This document shows positions 1 to 9,110 of a stretch of DNA of 64,000 nt, piece after piece; the stretch's first letter is position 1; every line of letters begins with the position of its first letter. The position numbers were made by a program, and so were the translations under genes. The stretch spans positions 16,175 through 80,174 of the forward strand of contig JABGXP010000018.1 in NCBI GenBank assembly GCA_018675685.1, read 5' to 3'. This stretch comes from a bacterium. Its GTDB lineage: Bacteria; Patescibacteriota; Minisyncoccia; Moranbacterales; DUUL01. The notes under the pieces are model-generated. The model ran no database searches. It was given only the letters and a program-made list of their open reading frames with translations, and was not told where the DNA came from.

Positions 1-419
1 ACCGCAGGAGGTGCTTCTATTACCTCAAAAACCATTTTAATTGGAAGTTCAATGTTAATCGCTGAGTCACCAAAATACAAAACATCAATCTCTGTTCCTT
101 CTGTTAGAAACTTGCTATTCTCACCGATAATTTCAGAGTTAAGCTCAAATTGCTCATAAGACTCACCATTCATGAAATAATGATTACCAGCATCTAGGTA
201 TAAATATTGAGCTTTTCTAGTTGTGATTTCAGCTGGTTCAACTTTATCAGCTCCCTGAAAAGTTTTGTTAATCGTTGCTCCTGTTATCAAGTTTCTTAGC
301 TTTGTTCGGAGAACTGCGCCGGCACGTCCCATTTTGGAATGTTGCGCAAAAAGCACCACAAATGGCTCTCCTTCAATGATAAGTTTTTTTCCAACTTTAA
401 TTCCTGTAAGTGTCAACAT
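1..419 (-). CDS. efp: Elongation factor P, partial (C-terminal end runs off the window start)
   Basis: Reverse-strand translation from ATG (revcomp of 417-419) gives MLTLTGIKVGKKLIIEGEPFVVLFAQHSKMGRAGAVLRTKLRNLITGATINKTF..., typical of the EF-P N-terminal KOW-like domain. It is not in the ORF track because it is truncated. Confidence 0.85.
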   Translation of the reverse strand, partial: MLTLTGIKVGKKLIIEGEPFVVLFAQHSKMGRAGAVLRTKLRNLITGATINKTFQGADKVEPAEITTRKAQYLYLDAGNHYFMNGESYEQFELNSEIIGENSKFLTEGTEIDVLYFGDSAINIELPIKMVFEVIEAPPA

Positions 420-432
420 ACCTTTGTTATTA

Positions 433-461
433 AAAAAACGAGACGCCAGTCTCGCTTTTTT
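433..461. terminator. Bidirectional intrinsic terminator between rpsR and efp
   Basis: Stem cgagac-gcca-gtctcg flanked by an A-run upstream and a T-run downstream. Confidence 0.6.
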
Positions 462-466
462 GTGAT

Positions 467-727
467 TTATTTAGCTACGAAAGGGAGAAGTGCAACGATT
501 CTTGCTCTTTTGATTGAAGTTGAAAGAGCTCTTTGGTGTTTAGCACAAGTTCCTGTTCTTCTAGTTGGTATGATTTTCCCAACTGTGTTAATAAATCTTC
601 GCAGAAGAATAACATCCTTGTAGTCAATTTTGATAATGTTGTTTGCACAAAAATAACAATTTTTGCTTTCTTCTTTTCTAACGTTTCTGTTCATCATTCT
701 ATTCATCATAATAGGTCTAAAATTCAA
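467..727 (-). CDS. rpsR: 30S ribosomal protein S18
   Basis: CYFC...IDYKD...[34 protein letters not shown] is a canonical S18 motif set. Confidence 0.93.
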   Translation of the reverse strand: MNFRPIMMNRMMNRNVRKEESKNCYFCANNIIKIDYKDVILLRRFINTVGKIIPTRRTGTCAKHQRALSTSIKRARIVALLPFVAK

Positions 728-733
728 TTTTAA

Positions 734-1219
734 TTAAAATGGGATATCTTCAACTCTAATTTCATCCTGATCATCCACATTGATTGTCGGAATTTGTTCG
801 GGTGATGGAATTTGAGCGTTGTTCTCTTGTGGTGCTGCTGCTGGCGCGGCTGGTTTGGAATAACTCCCTCCAGCGTTACCGTCTCTTTTCTGACCAAGCA
901 TGATAGCATTTTCTGCTACAATTTCAGTCATATACCTTTTTTGTCCAGTTTGGGCGTCATCCCAAGATCTTGTTGCAATTCTCCCCTCAATATAAACTTT
1001 TTGTCCCTTGCTCATGTATTGTGAGCAAATTTCAGCAAGCTTCCCCCAAGCAACAATTGAATGAAACTGTGAGTCTTCATTATACTCACCAGTAGCTTGG
1101 TTTTTCCAACGTCTATTCGTAGCCACTCTAAAAGAAGTTACATTTTGTCCGTTTGGAGTTGTCCGCATCTCTGGATCATTGACAATATTGCCAATCATCA
1201 TCGCTTTGTTGAGGTCCAT
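734..1219 (-). CDS. ssb: Single-stranded DNA-binding protein
   Basis: OB-fold N-terminus (MMIGNIVNDPEMRTTPNG...FHSIVAWGKLAE), a Gly/Pro/Gln-rich linker and an acidic C-terminal tip ...DEIRVEDIPF. Confidence 0.92.
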   Translation of the reverse strand: MDLNKAMMIGNIVNDPEMRTTPNGQNVTSFRVATNRRWKNQATGEYNEDSQFHSIVAWGKLAEICSQYMSKGQKVYIEGRIATRSWDDAQTGQKRYMTEIVAENAIMLGQKRDGNAGGSYSKPAAPAAAPQENNAQIPSPEQIPTINVDDQDEIRVEDIPF

Positions 1220-1237
1220 AGGATTTGAGTTTAGTTT

Positions 1238-1897
1238 TTATATACTTAGGATTTCATCTAATTTTTTGTCTAAATCCTCCAAAGAAGATTTGTCGTCAGA
1301 ATCACTTTCTTTCTTAGGTTCAGCTTTTTTCTTCTTGTCTTCTTTTTCAACTTCTTTTTTCTCAACCTCTTTTTCTTCCTCCTTTACCTCTTCCTTAACT
1401 TCTTCTTTCACTTCTTCTTTTTTCACTTCCTTCACTTCATCTTCCTTAATCTCTTCTTTCACTTCCTTTTTTACAACAGGAGCCTTTTTAACTTCCTCCT
1501 TAGCAACTTCCTTTCTTGAGTCTGACTTGGCAATCATTTTTTCAACATCCTCTTGTTTCACTGTTGTTCTCTCTCTCTTTTCCATAGAAAGAACCTCTTT
1601 GCTAAGCTCTGGAAGTTCATCTGCTCTTACAATCATGTATCTAGCTACGTCTTGAACTAGATTTAATTCTCTTTTTAATTCGAGAATATCAGACTTGTCT
1701 TTGAGTTCAAATCTCAAAACTGTAAAGAAACCATATGCTTCGTGTTGGATCTCATATGCTAGTCTTCGTTTTTTGTAAACAAGTTCATCTGTTACTGAGC
1801 CCTTGTATTCTTTGATCAAAGATTTCACTTTGTCTTTAATCTGTTCAACTGTTTCTGTGCGTGATTGTAGCACAAGAAAATTAATCTCGTATTCCAT
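1238..1897 (-). CDS. rpsF: 30S ribosomal protein S6 with a long K/E-rich C-terminal extension
   Basis: MEYEINFLVLQS...YKKRRLAYEI matches the S6 N-terminus. I chose the internal Met at 1897 as the start; the track ORF starts at 1930. The C-terminal roughly 90 aa are EVKEE/KKEV repeats. The gene order rpsF-ssb-rpsR is conserved in bacteria. Confidence 0.88.
   Translation of the reverse strand: MEYEINFLVLQSRTETVEQIKDKVKSLIKEYKGSVTDELVYKKRRLAYEIQHEAYGFFTVLRFELKDKSDILELKRELNLVQDVARYMIVRADELPELSKEVLSMEKRERTTVKQEDVEKMIAKSDSRKEVAKEEVKKAPVVKKEVKEEIKEDEVKEVKKEEVKEEVKEEVKEEEKEVEKKEVEKEDKKKKAEPKKESDSDDKSSLEDLDKKLDEILSI
1325..1475. repeat. Imperfect short tandem nucleotide repeats (cttcttt/cacttc units) encoding the K/E-rich tail of S6
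   Basis: Reiterated ttcttctttcacttc-like units are visible in the sequence. They lie in frame inside rpsF. Confidence 0.7.
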
Positions 1898-2377
1898 TTT
1901 CAGTAGTACGTTAGTGGTTAAGTATACCATATTTTAAGACAAATAAAACCCACACATTGGTGGAGGTTGGTGTTTCTGATCCTTCTTTTGCAAGAAAGGC
2001 GGAATCACCTCGGGCTTTATCAATACTCTTAAGATGACATAATATAAGGGAGAAGTCAATAGAAACAACAACCTTGACAAAACAATGAGGATAACCCACG
2101 ATGAAAAGTATTAAAGAGTACTTTCACATAAATTATACAGAATCTTTCTTGGAAAGAAGGAGGGAGTGAGATTATGAGAAGTAGGAAAGGACTCGCAGAG
2201 GAAAAGAATGCGCAAGGAAGTGAGAAAAAGAGAAAAGGAGGGAACATAGCTGCTTTACTCTTTCTTTCATCCTTTTGGCTACGGAATCCAGGTGTTTTGG
2301 AAATGGAAGAAAGCTATTGTCAGGAAATAAACGATGCACTAAAGAAGCTCGACGCATCAAACAACAGGAGGTGAAAA

Positions 2378-2911
2378 GTGATAAAGCTAAGATCAAAGAC
2401 TTTTTTTATTTTTGTCAGCATACTTTTTTTTGCAGTAAGTTCACCAGCTATTGCTATTAAAAAGCAAAACCAAAAACAGGTCAATGCCCCCCAAGTTGTG
2501 GCGATGCAAAAAGTCATTGTTGTTACAATGAGGGCTAAAAACGGTGATAATGTAGTTTATGAAATGACGGATTCTACCAAGGGAGGCGAACAACCCGATG
2601 GATTGATTGATTTTGCAAACTTCATTAAAGTGTTTCGTGCGCATGATACCTCGACAGGAAGTCAAATTGCGCGTGGTACTAAATATCCGATAACAGTGAA
2701 GATAATCTATTTTCGTCCAGGCGATGAGATTAGTAATTCCTTCCCGATTATGACCAACGAAGAATGGTTCGGAGGTTTTCACGCAAGAATTGCAAAATGC
2801 ATTGATGCAAACCAACGAATAGTTCCTCCAATTGACGGACAATGGGAGACATATACCGTTACGAGTAAATTTATGAGGCAATTGCAACAATTGTATGAAA
2901 GGTATAAATAA
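2378..2911 (+). CDS. Hypothetical secreted protein (N-terminal signal peptide)
   Basis: MIKLRSKTFFIFVSILFFAVSSPAIA is a signal-peptide-like N-terminus. There is no recognisable domain. Confidence 0.55.
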   Translation: MIKLRSKTFFIFVSILFFAVSSPAIAIKKQNQKQVNAPQVVAMQKVIVVTMRAKNGDNVVYEMTDSTKGGEQPDGLIDFANFIKVFRAHDTSTGSQIARGTKYPITVKIIYFRPGDEISNSFPIMTNEEWFGGFHARIAKCIDANQRIVPPIDGQWETYTVTSKFMRQLQQLYERYK

Positions 2912-2931
2912 AAGTGCAGATTGCACAAAAA

Positions 2932-2978
2932 GCCCCTTAAAGAGATAAATTATTTCTCTTTAAGGGGCTGTTTTTTTC
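2932..2978. terminator. Bidirectional intrinsic terminator between convergent genes
   Basis: gccccttaaagag...ctctttaaggggc stem with a T-run on the + side and, by complement, on the - side. Confidence 0.75.
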
Positions 2979-2988
2979 AAGGGAGTAG

Positions 2989-4203
2989 CTAGCTCTTTAA
3001 GTGTTTCAATTCTTTATTGTAAATAAAATATCCGCAAAATAATGCAATCCAAAAAAATGAAATAAAAATCAAGAGAATTTTCTGAGGCGTCATGATGTGT
3101 AATAAGAAACCTGCCAAGAAAGGAGCTATTGTTTGGAAAAGTTTGTCTAACACTGAGTCAATTCCGAGAATTTCTCCGCGATATTTGCTATTTACATAAT
3201 TAGTGAGTAGTACTGCTTGATAAGGACCATTGAGTGCTTCTCCGATTGCGAATATGGCTGCGAAAAACCAGAACATCGACAAACTATCTGTTGTTGCAAG
3301 GAACATTCCACTGGACCCCAATACAAAAGCTGAAACCAGTCCAACCTTGAAGGGTCCAACTTTGTCTACAAACTTGCCTGTGAAAAAAAGCGCAACAAAA
3401 GCAACAAATCCCATAGTGGCAAAGATAGCACCAGTAGAGAGGTCTTTCCCTGTAAATGAAAAAATAATAAGAGGCCAAAGCATTATTTTAATTCCCCAGT
3501 TAATTCCGAAAGCAGCGTTGATGAGAGTGTAAAAAACCAATGCTGGTTTTTTGAGGATGTATTTTATCCCAAAGAAAAAATCACGTGGCGAAAAGTCTTT
3601 GTCGTGATGGGTAGCACTAGATTTTTTTGATCTGAGTGTTGAAAATGAGAGTATTGCAGCTAGTAGAAAAATAATAGACATAAGGAAATATGGAGCTGCG
3701 AGACCAGATCTATCACTAAGGTAGCCTCCTGCAAACTGTGCAATTGCCCCAAGGAGCGATTGAACGGAATACATTATCCCAATGTATTGGCCCTGTTTCT
3801 TGATATTTTTTAGAAGGTCTTGTAGATAGGCTATCAAAATTGGTCCAGTGCTAGCAGAGGCAAAAGCCCAAATAAACTTTACACCCATGTATTGATATAC
3901 ATTATAAGTGGAGGCATATAACAAGGGAAAGATTATACTCGCGACACATCCCCAAAGAATAAAGTTGTCACGGCCAAATTTGTCGGAAAGTCTTCCTATC
4001 CAGATTGAAAAAAAAGCCAAGGCAATTGACCCAACACCGAAAGTCGCCCCAATAAGAGAGGGGTTGTTAGTAAGCGTTTTAATAAAACGAACCTCGATTG
4101 GCGCTATTAAATAACCAGCAGTTGTGATCAGACTAAATATGACTGCCCCTATTAGAAATTCACGCAGAACTTTCTTTTCTTGAGTTTGTTTTGAAGCTGA
4201 CAT
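2989..4203 (-). CDS. MFS-type transporter
   Basis: About 12 predicted TM helices over 404 aa, with an MFS-like GRLSDKFGR motif after TM2. Confidence 0.75.
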   Translation of the reverse strand: MSASKQTQEKKVLREFLIGAVIFSLITTAGYLIAPIEVRFIKTLTNNPSLIGATFGVGSIALAFFSIWIGRLSDKFGRDNFILWGCVASIIFPLLYASTYNVYQYMGVKFIWAFASASTGPILIAYLQDLLKNIKKQGQYIGIMYSVQSLLGAIAQFAGGYLSDRSGLAAPYFLMSIIFLLAAILSFSTLRSKKSSATHHDKDFSPRDFFFGIKYILKKPALVFYTLINAAFGINWGIKIMLWPLIIFSFTGKDLSTGAIFATMGFVAFVALFFTGKFVDKVGPFKVGLVSAFVLGSSGMFLATTDSLSMFWFFAAIFAIGEALNGPYQAVLLTNYVNSKYRGEILGIDSVLDKLFQTIAPFLAGFLLHIMTPQKILLIFISFFWIALFCGYFIYNKELKHLKS

Positions 4204-4338
4204 TTTTTAAAATGGATCTAAGAATAAATAGTTCTAGAAAGTCGAAGTTTGACTTTAATTATAGGTAATTTATAATATTTGGTAAGAGTAAGTAATACTT
4301 GCTATGTTTTATTATAGCACATCCATCATCTTAAATTT

Positions 4339-5127
4339 ATGAAAGTTACGCGAAAAACAAAAGAGGAAGTAGTGATGCTTAAAAAGAGCGGGAAGATTTT
4401 AGTGGATGCTATGAATCTTGCTGTTGATCATGCTAAAAAAGCAGTGGACAAGACGATATTTACCATGGAGCTTGATGAAATAGTTGAGAAATATATTAGA
4501 GATAACGGTGGTGTTCCGGCTTTTCTGCATTATTCTGATGGAGGAAGTGAGCCTTTTCCGGCCTCAATTTGTGTTTCGATTAATGACGAGATTGTGCATG
4601 GAATCCCTAAGAAGGACGTGAGAATAAAAGAAGGTGATTTACTGTCTTTGGATTTAGGGGTGGAATATGGAGGCATGTTCACAGATGCTGCTACGACGGT
4701 TATGATCGGTGAAGTGAGTGAGCAGGCTAAAAAGATAACAGAGATAACAAGAAAAAGTTTAAGCGCTGGGATCGCGAAGCTTCGTCATGGTGCTAAGCTG
4801 GGGGACTATGGAGCTGCTGTTGATGAAATTGCAACCAAAAATGGATTTGTAACAGTTAAGGGTTTGGTTGGTCATGGGGTTGGACACGCAGTTCATGAAC
4901 CACCACAAATCCCAAATTATGGCGAGAAGAACACAGGGTTTAAGATTAAAGAAGGCATGGTTTTGGCTTTGGAGCCAATGCTGGCTGTCAGTGATGACAG
5001 AATTTCTCTAGGAGATGATGAGTTCGCGTTCACTACGTATAACGGTTGTTTGTCAGCTCATTTTGAACATACAGTTTTGATTACAAAAAAAGGGTGTGAA
5101 GTTATTACCGATGGAATAAAAAGTTAA
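4339..5127 (+). CDS. map: Methionine aminopeptidase, type I
   Basis: GHGVGHAVHEPPQIPNYG and other metal-ligand motifs. Confidence 0.9.
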   Translation: MKVTRKTKEEVVMLKKSGKILVDAMNLAVDHAKKAVDKTIFTMELDEIVEKYIRDNGGVPAFLHYSDGGSEPFPASICVSINDEIVHGIPKKDVRIKEGDLLSLDLGVEYGGMFTDAATTVMIGEVSEQAKKITEITRKSLSAGIAKLRHGAKLGDYGAAVDEIATKNGFVTVKGLVGHGVGHAVHEPPQIPNYGEKNTGFKIKEGMVLALEPMLAVSDDRISLGDDEFAFTTYNGCLSAHFEHTVLITKKGCEVITDGIKS

Positions 5128-5140
5128 TTTTAATTTAGAA

Positions 5141-5548
5141 ATGACAGAAGAAATGCACTATTACTTGGGAGTTGATTGGGGAAAAGTTCTTTGTGGGGTA
5201 GCAGTCGCTGACAATGAGACTAGAATTGCGAATGCATATTGTGAGGTTGCGACAAAATCCTTTTTTAGCAAGCTTGAGGAGTTAAAAAAAGAATTGGATT
5301 TTAAAAAAATTATCATTGGAAAAACAAGCGCTGGTGATGAGCAATTTACTGCCAATAATGTAGCTATCGATGACTTCACGGAGAGTTTGGAAGAAAGAGG
5401 TTTCGAAGTAGAAGCTGAGGAAGAGTTTTTTTCAACAAAAGTTGCTCAGATGAATTTATCAGAAGTCCGTAATAGAGGAATTTCAAAAAATGATAACGCT
5501 GAGTCAGCAAGGGTAATTTTGCAGGGCTGGTTAGACAGAAAGGTGTAG
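5141..5548 (+). CDS. ruvX: Putative pre-16S rRNA nuclease / Holliday junction resolvase-like YqgF/RuvX
   Basis: YLGVDWGKVLCGVAVAD N-terminal RNase H-like motif; about 135 aa. Confidence 0.7.
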   Translation: MTEEMHYYLGVDWGKVLCGVAVADNETRIANAYCEVATKSFFSKLEELKKELDFKKIIIGKTSAGDEQFTANNVAIDDFTESLEERGFEVEAEEEFFSTKVAQMNLSEVRNRGISKNDNAESARVILQGWLDRKV

Positions 5549-5698
5549 TTTTGCTAAAATAAAGGAGACTATAAATATCTCTAATAAGAGAATTTGAAAG
5601 ACTCCTAAGGGTGCGTTTTCTGTTGGAAAATTTACCTTTATCGCAGTGTTTTTCAGAGTTAAAAGTTTAAAAGTAATTTAATTTAAAAAGCAGAAAAT

Positions 5699-6553
5699 AT
5701 GCGACAAGAAAATAGACCGATGTATTCAGTGATTATTCCTACCTACAACGAAGCTTCTAAACCAGAGGAGATGAGGGAACATCTGAATTCAATTGATGAT
5801 TATTTTAAAAACCTAGGACAATCAAGAGAAATTGTGATTGTACTAGACGGACCAACTGATGGGACCCAAGAATTGGTCAAGGAAGTTACTAAGAGTATTG
5901 AAAATGTGAGAATTATTGATCGTGAGCAAAATATGGGGAAGGGGTATTCTCTTCGTGAGGGACTCCTTGCTGCAGAAGGTCAAATTAGACTTTTTACAGA
6001 TATGGATGGTGCGACACCAATAAACATGCTTGATCGTTTTATTCCAAAATTTCAAGAGGGTTTTGACGTTGTTGCTGGTTCCAGGGATTTAGAGGAATCT
6101 AAGATTAAAGTGCATCAACCAAAATGGAAAGAATGGTTTGGTGATCTGGGAAATTTTCTAGTGCAAGCTGGAACAGGTCTTTGGGGTGTGAAAGATACTC
6201 AGTGTGGATTCAAGGCCTTTACCGAAAAAGCTGTTAAGGACATTGTTTCAAGAACAACTGTTGATCGATGGGGAATTGATTTTGAATTATTGATGATTGG
6301 AAAAAAGCTTGGTTACAAGATTGATTTTGTCCCAGTGGATTGGATGGATAAAGGAGAGAGTCTTGTAGGGGTTGGTGGTTTTGGCTACTTAACAACATTG
6401 AAAGACCTTTTCAATGTTAGATGGAACTTGATTAAAGGTGTTTATAAATTAAATAAAAAAGTTACTGAATTGAAAGAGCGAGAACAACAGCAAGCTCAGG
6501 AGGACAAAAAAACCGAAGATCTTAGCGAGGACTCTAAGAAAGAGGAGTTGTAG
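5699..6553 (+). CDS. Family 2 glycosyltransferase (dolichyl-phosphate sugar transferase-like) with a K/E-rich tail
   Basis: YSVIIPTYNE...LDGPTDGT...DMDG motifs of GT-A fold GT2 enzymes. Confidence 0.85.
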   Translation: MRQENRPMYSVIIPTYNEASKPEEMREHLNSIDDYFKNLGQSREIVIVLDGPTDGTQELVKEVTKSIENVRIIDREQNMGKGYSLREGLLAAEGQIRLFTDMDGATPINMLDRFIPKFQEGFDVVAGSRDLEESKIKVHQPKWKEWFGDLGNFLVQAGTGLWGVKDTQCGFKAFTEKAVKDIVSRTTVDRWGIDFELLMIGKKLGYKIDFVPVDWMDKGESLVGVGGFGYLTTLKDLFNVRWNLIKGVYKLNKKVTELKEREQQQAQEDKKTEDLSEDSKKEEL

Positions 6554-6607
6554 ATATCGAAAATTTCAAAAATTTCGGAATAAAAAATTGACAAAAACAA
6601 AAACAAA

Positions 6608-7708
6608 ATGAGCGTTGCAAATAAAAAAACAAATAAAAAAAAGCTTGTGATTAAGAAAGAAGTCATTAAAGCTAAAAAAAGCAAATTGAAAGTAAGACCA
6701 AAGGCAATAAAGCAAATTTCTCAATTAAGACACAATTTGGTGACTGATGAATGGGTTGTTGTTGCAGTTGGAAGAGGTAAGAGACCAGATGATTTTTCCT
6801 TGGAAAATGAATCTGTGCAAGAAGACGCGGATATTGAGGATTGTTTGTTTTGTGACCCAATTGCTTCTGGGCAAGAAAAAGATGTTCTAATCTACAAAAC
6901 AGATGATGACGATTGGACACTGCGAGTTTTTCCGAATAAATTTCCAGCGTTTGCTAGACCTAAAGCGGGGAGAGTTTCTCATCAAGAAGAAGGCCCGTAT
7001 TTTATGATGGATGGTGTTGGATATCACGAGGTTATTGTAACAAGAGATCACTATAAACATATTGGGAAAATGGAACCGATTATGGTTGCTGAGTTGATTG
7101 ATGCTTATCAAACCAGATACCTTGATTTAATGAACAAGAAGTCAGTAAGATATATTGAAATTTTTCATAACCATGGGAAAAAATCGGGAGCATCAATTGA
7201 ACACCCCCACTCCCAGTTAATTGCTGTGCCAGTGGTCTCACCCTTCACTGTACAAGAGTTGGCTGGAGCAGAGAACTATTACAGAGCAAACAAGAGATGT
7301 GTTTTTTGTACAATGATTAAATGGGAATTAGATTATGCAAAACGTGTGATTTTTGAAAATGATCTGTTTATTGCTTATTGTCCATTTGCTTCAAAAATGG
7401 CATTTGAAATTCGTGTGATTCCAAAAAGGCATACACCATATTTTGAAAGAATGAGTGATGAGGAGAAGATTGCAGCAGGGGAAGCCTTGCACCAAGCAAT
7501 ACGAAAATTAACAACAGTGATTGAAGGAGTAGCCTTTAATTTCTTTATTGATACAGCTCCTTGTGATGGAAAAGATTACCCTCACTACCATTGGCATATT
7601 GAAATTTTACCAAGAACTGCAACTTGGGCTGGATTTGAACTTTCCAGTGGAATGGAGATAACTGCGATTGAGCCAGAAGTTGCTGCTGAATATTTACGTA
7701 AAGCATAG
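6608..7708 (+). CDS. Galactose-1-phosphate uridylyltransferase-like HIT-family nucleotidyltransferase
   Basis: Two HIT-like halves. The FPNKFPAF and HPHSQLIAV (HxHxQ) motifs resemble GalT. It has a Lys-rich N-terminal extension. Confidence 0.7.
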   Translation: MSVANKKTNKKKLVIKKEVIKAKKSKLKVRPKAIKQISQLRHNLVTDEWVVVAVGRGKRPDDFSLENESVQEDADIEDCLFCDPIASGQEKDVLIYKTDDDDWTLRVFPNKFPAFARPKAGRVSHQEEGPYFMMDGVGYHEVIVTRDHYKHIGKMEPIMVAELIDAYQTRYLDLMNKKSVRYIEIFHNHGKKSGASIEHPHSQLIAVPVVSPFTVQELAGAENYYRANKRCVFCTMIKWELDYAKRVIFENDLFIAYCPFASKMAFEIRVIPKRHTPYFERMSDEEKIAAGEALHQAIRKLTTVIEGVAFNFFIDTAPCDGKDYPHYHWHIEILPRTATWAGFELSSGMEITAIEPEVAAEYLRKA

Positions 7709-7765
7709 AAACAACCTAACGAATTTGATGGTGGATGGTGGGATTAGTTAAATTAAAGTAAAAAA

Positions 7766-8269
7766 ATGTTTATAGAAGCTGCTAGCGTGGTTGTATTACT
7801 AGAGGAAGCGGGAGTGCCAAGGGAGATTGCGACAATGATAATAGCAATGACTCCGATTTTTGAATTAAGGGCTTCGATCCCAATTGCGATTACAGTTCTC
7901 GAGATGCATCCTTTAAGTGCCTATCTCTGGTCGGTTTTTGGTAACGTACTTCCTGTGCTTATTATTGTTTTTCTTTTGGAAAAAGTTTCATCATTCTTAA
8001 GTACCAGATTTGAATGTTGGAAAAAGTTTTTTGATTGGTTATTTGCCAGGACAAGGAAGAGGGTTCACAAACAAATTGAAAAATATGGAGATTGGGGATT
8101 GTTTTTTTTGGTTGCAATTCCATTACCAGTCACAGGAGGTTGGACTGGTGCGCTTGCAGCTTTCCTTTTTGGGATTAAAAAAGTAAAAGCAATTCCTTTA
8201 ATAACCCTTGGTATAATGACAGCCGGAGTCATTGTGCTTTTGTTGACGCTAGGAGCTATCAAGTTGTAA
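7766..8269 (+). CDS. Small integral membrane protein (COG2426 / small multidrug export-like)
   Basis: Four or five hydrophobic helices; the PLPVTGGWTGALAAFLFG motif is typical of that family. Confidence 0.55.
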   Translation: MFIEAASVVVLLEEAGVPREIATMIIAMTPIFELRASIPIAITVLEMHPLSAYLWSVFGNVLPVLIIVFLLEKVSSFLSTRFECWKKFFDWLFARTRKRVHKQIEKYGDWGLFFLVAIPLPVTGGWTGALAAFLFGIKKVKAIPLITLGIMTAGVIVLLLTLGAIKL

Positions 8270-8293
8270 GCTTCTTTTGATAGATTTAATTGT

Positions 8294-9100
8294 TTGAATT
8301 ATGAAAAAATGATAGAAAAAAGAAGAAAGTTGACAGTAGCGAATTTTAAAATGAGCTTGAACATGTCTTTTGAACTCAAGAAATGGATGGAAACATTCGA
8401 GAAGGCAATGCTTAATTTAAAGCTTGAAGAAGGAAATATAGTTTTGTGCCCACCAATTGCCCTGCTTGATGGTTTCGTTAAAAAGATTGGTTATGACGAT
8501 GTGTCGTTTGGCTCGCAGAACTGTTCTTGGGAGCAAAAAGGTGCTTTCACTGGAGAGAACAGCCCAGCGATGATCAAAAGTATCGGTGGAAAATATGTTA
8601 TTTTGGGTCATTCAGAAAGAAGAGCTTATTTTGGTGAGGACAATAAGGTCATTAATCTAAAGTTGAAAGCCGCCCTCAAATCAAGTCTAACTCCAATTCT
8701 TTGTATTGGTGAGAGTAGCGAGGAAAAGAAAAATGATCAAACATTGGAAATTATCACAAAACAGTTTAACGAATGTTTAAATGAAATTTCCCCAACTAAA
8801 GTTGAAGAGGTAGTTTTTTGTTATGAACCTATTTGGGCCATCAGTGCTAATAACCCAGACCACTTACCCGACTCCAATGAAATTATGGAAGCAAGACTTT
8901 TAATCAAGAAGCTTATAATGAAGGCTTATGGAGAGAGAATCGCCAATAAAGCAAGAATTTTATACGGGGGAAGTGTAAAAGGAGATACCGTTAAGGAGGT
9001 TTGTGTGAATTCAGGGATGGACGGGGCATTGATTGGTGGAGCAAGTTTGTTGCCATATGATTTAGTTAGAATTGCTAAGATATTAGATAATCAAAATTAA
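8294..9100 (+). CDS. tpiA: Triosephosphate isomerase
   Basis: ILGHSERR, YEPIWAIS and YGGSV motifs. Confidence 0.92.
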   Translation: MNYEKMIEKRRKLTVANFKMSLNMSFELKKWMETFEKAMLNLKLEEGNIVLCPPIALLDGFVKKIGYDDVSFGSQNCSWEQKGAFTGENSPAMIKSIGGKYVILGHSERRAYFGEDNKVINLKLKAALKSSLTPILCIGESSEEKKNDQTLEIITKQFNECLNEISPTKVEEVVFCYEPIWAISANNPDHLPDSNEIMEARLLIKKLIMKAYGERIANKARILYGGSVKGDTVKEVCVNSGMDGALIGGASLLPYDLVRIAKILDNQN

Positions 9101-9110
9101 AAAAGAAAAA

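Noticed and set aside
265-733. Plus-strand track ORFs 265-465, 339-623 and 533-733.
   Set aside because: They are antisense to efp and rpsR, which have clear conserved translations.
1325-1475. Regular short repeats that could be mistaken for a CRISPR array or VNTR.
   Set aside because: The units are 6-18 nt and imperfect, with no spacers. They lie in frame within rpsF and encode its K/E tail.
2140-2400. Short track ORFs 2056-2247, 2172-2396, 2174-2374, 2275-2460 and 2320-2517 in the polypurine region.
   Set aside because: They are mutually overlapping in several frames and strands, low-complexity, and lack an RBS. I treat the region as non-coding.
5549-5698. Possible imperfect hairpin or riboswitch-like element between ruvX and the GT2 gene (aaggagact...gactcctaagg).
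   Set aside because: The stem has mismatches and no T-run. It is most likely just a spacer with the GT2 RBS.
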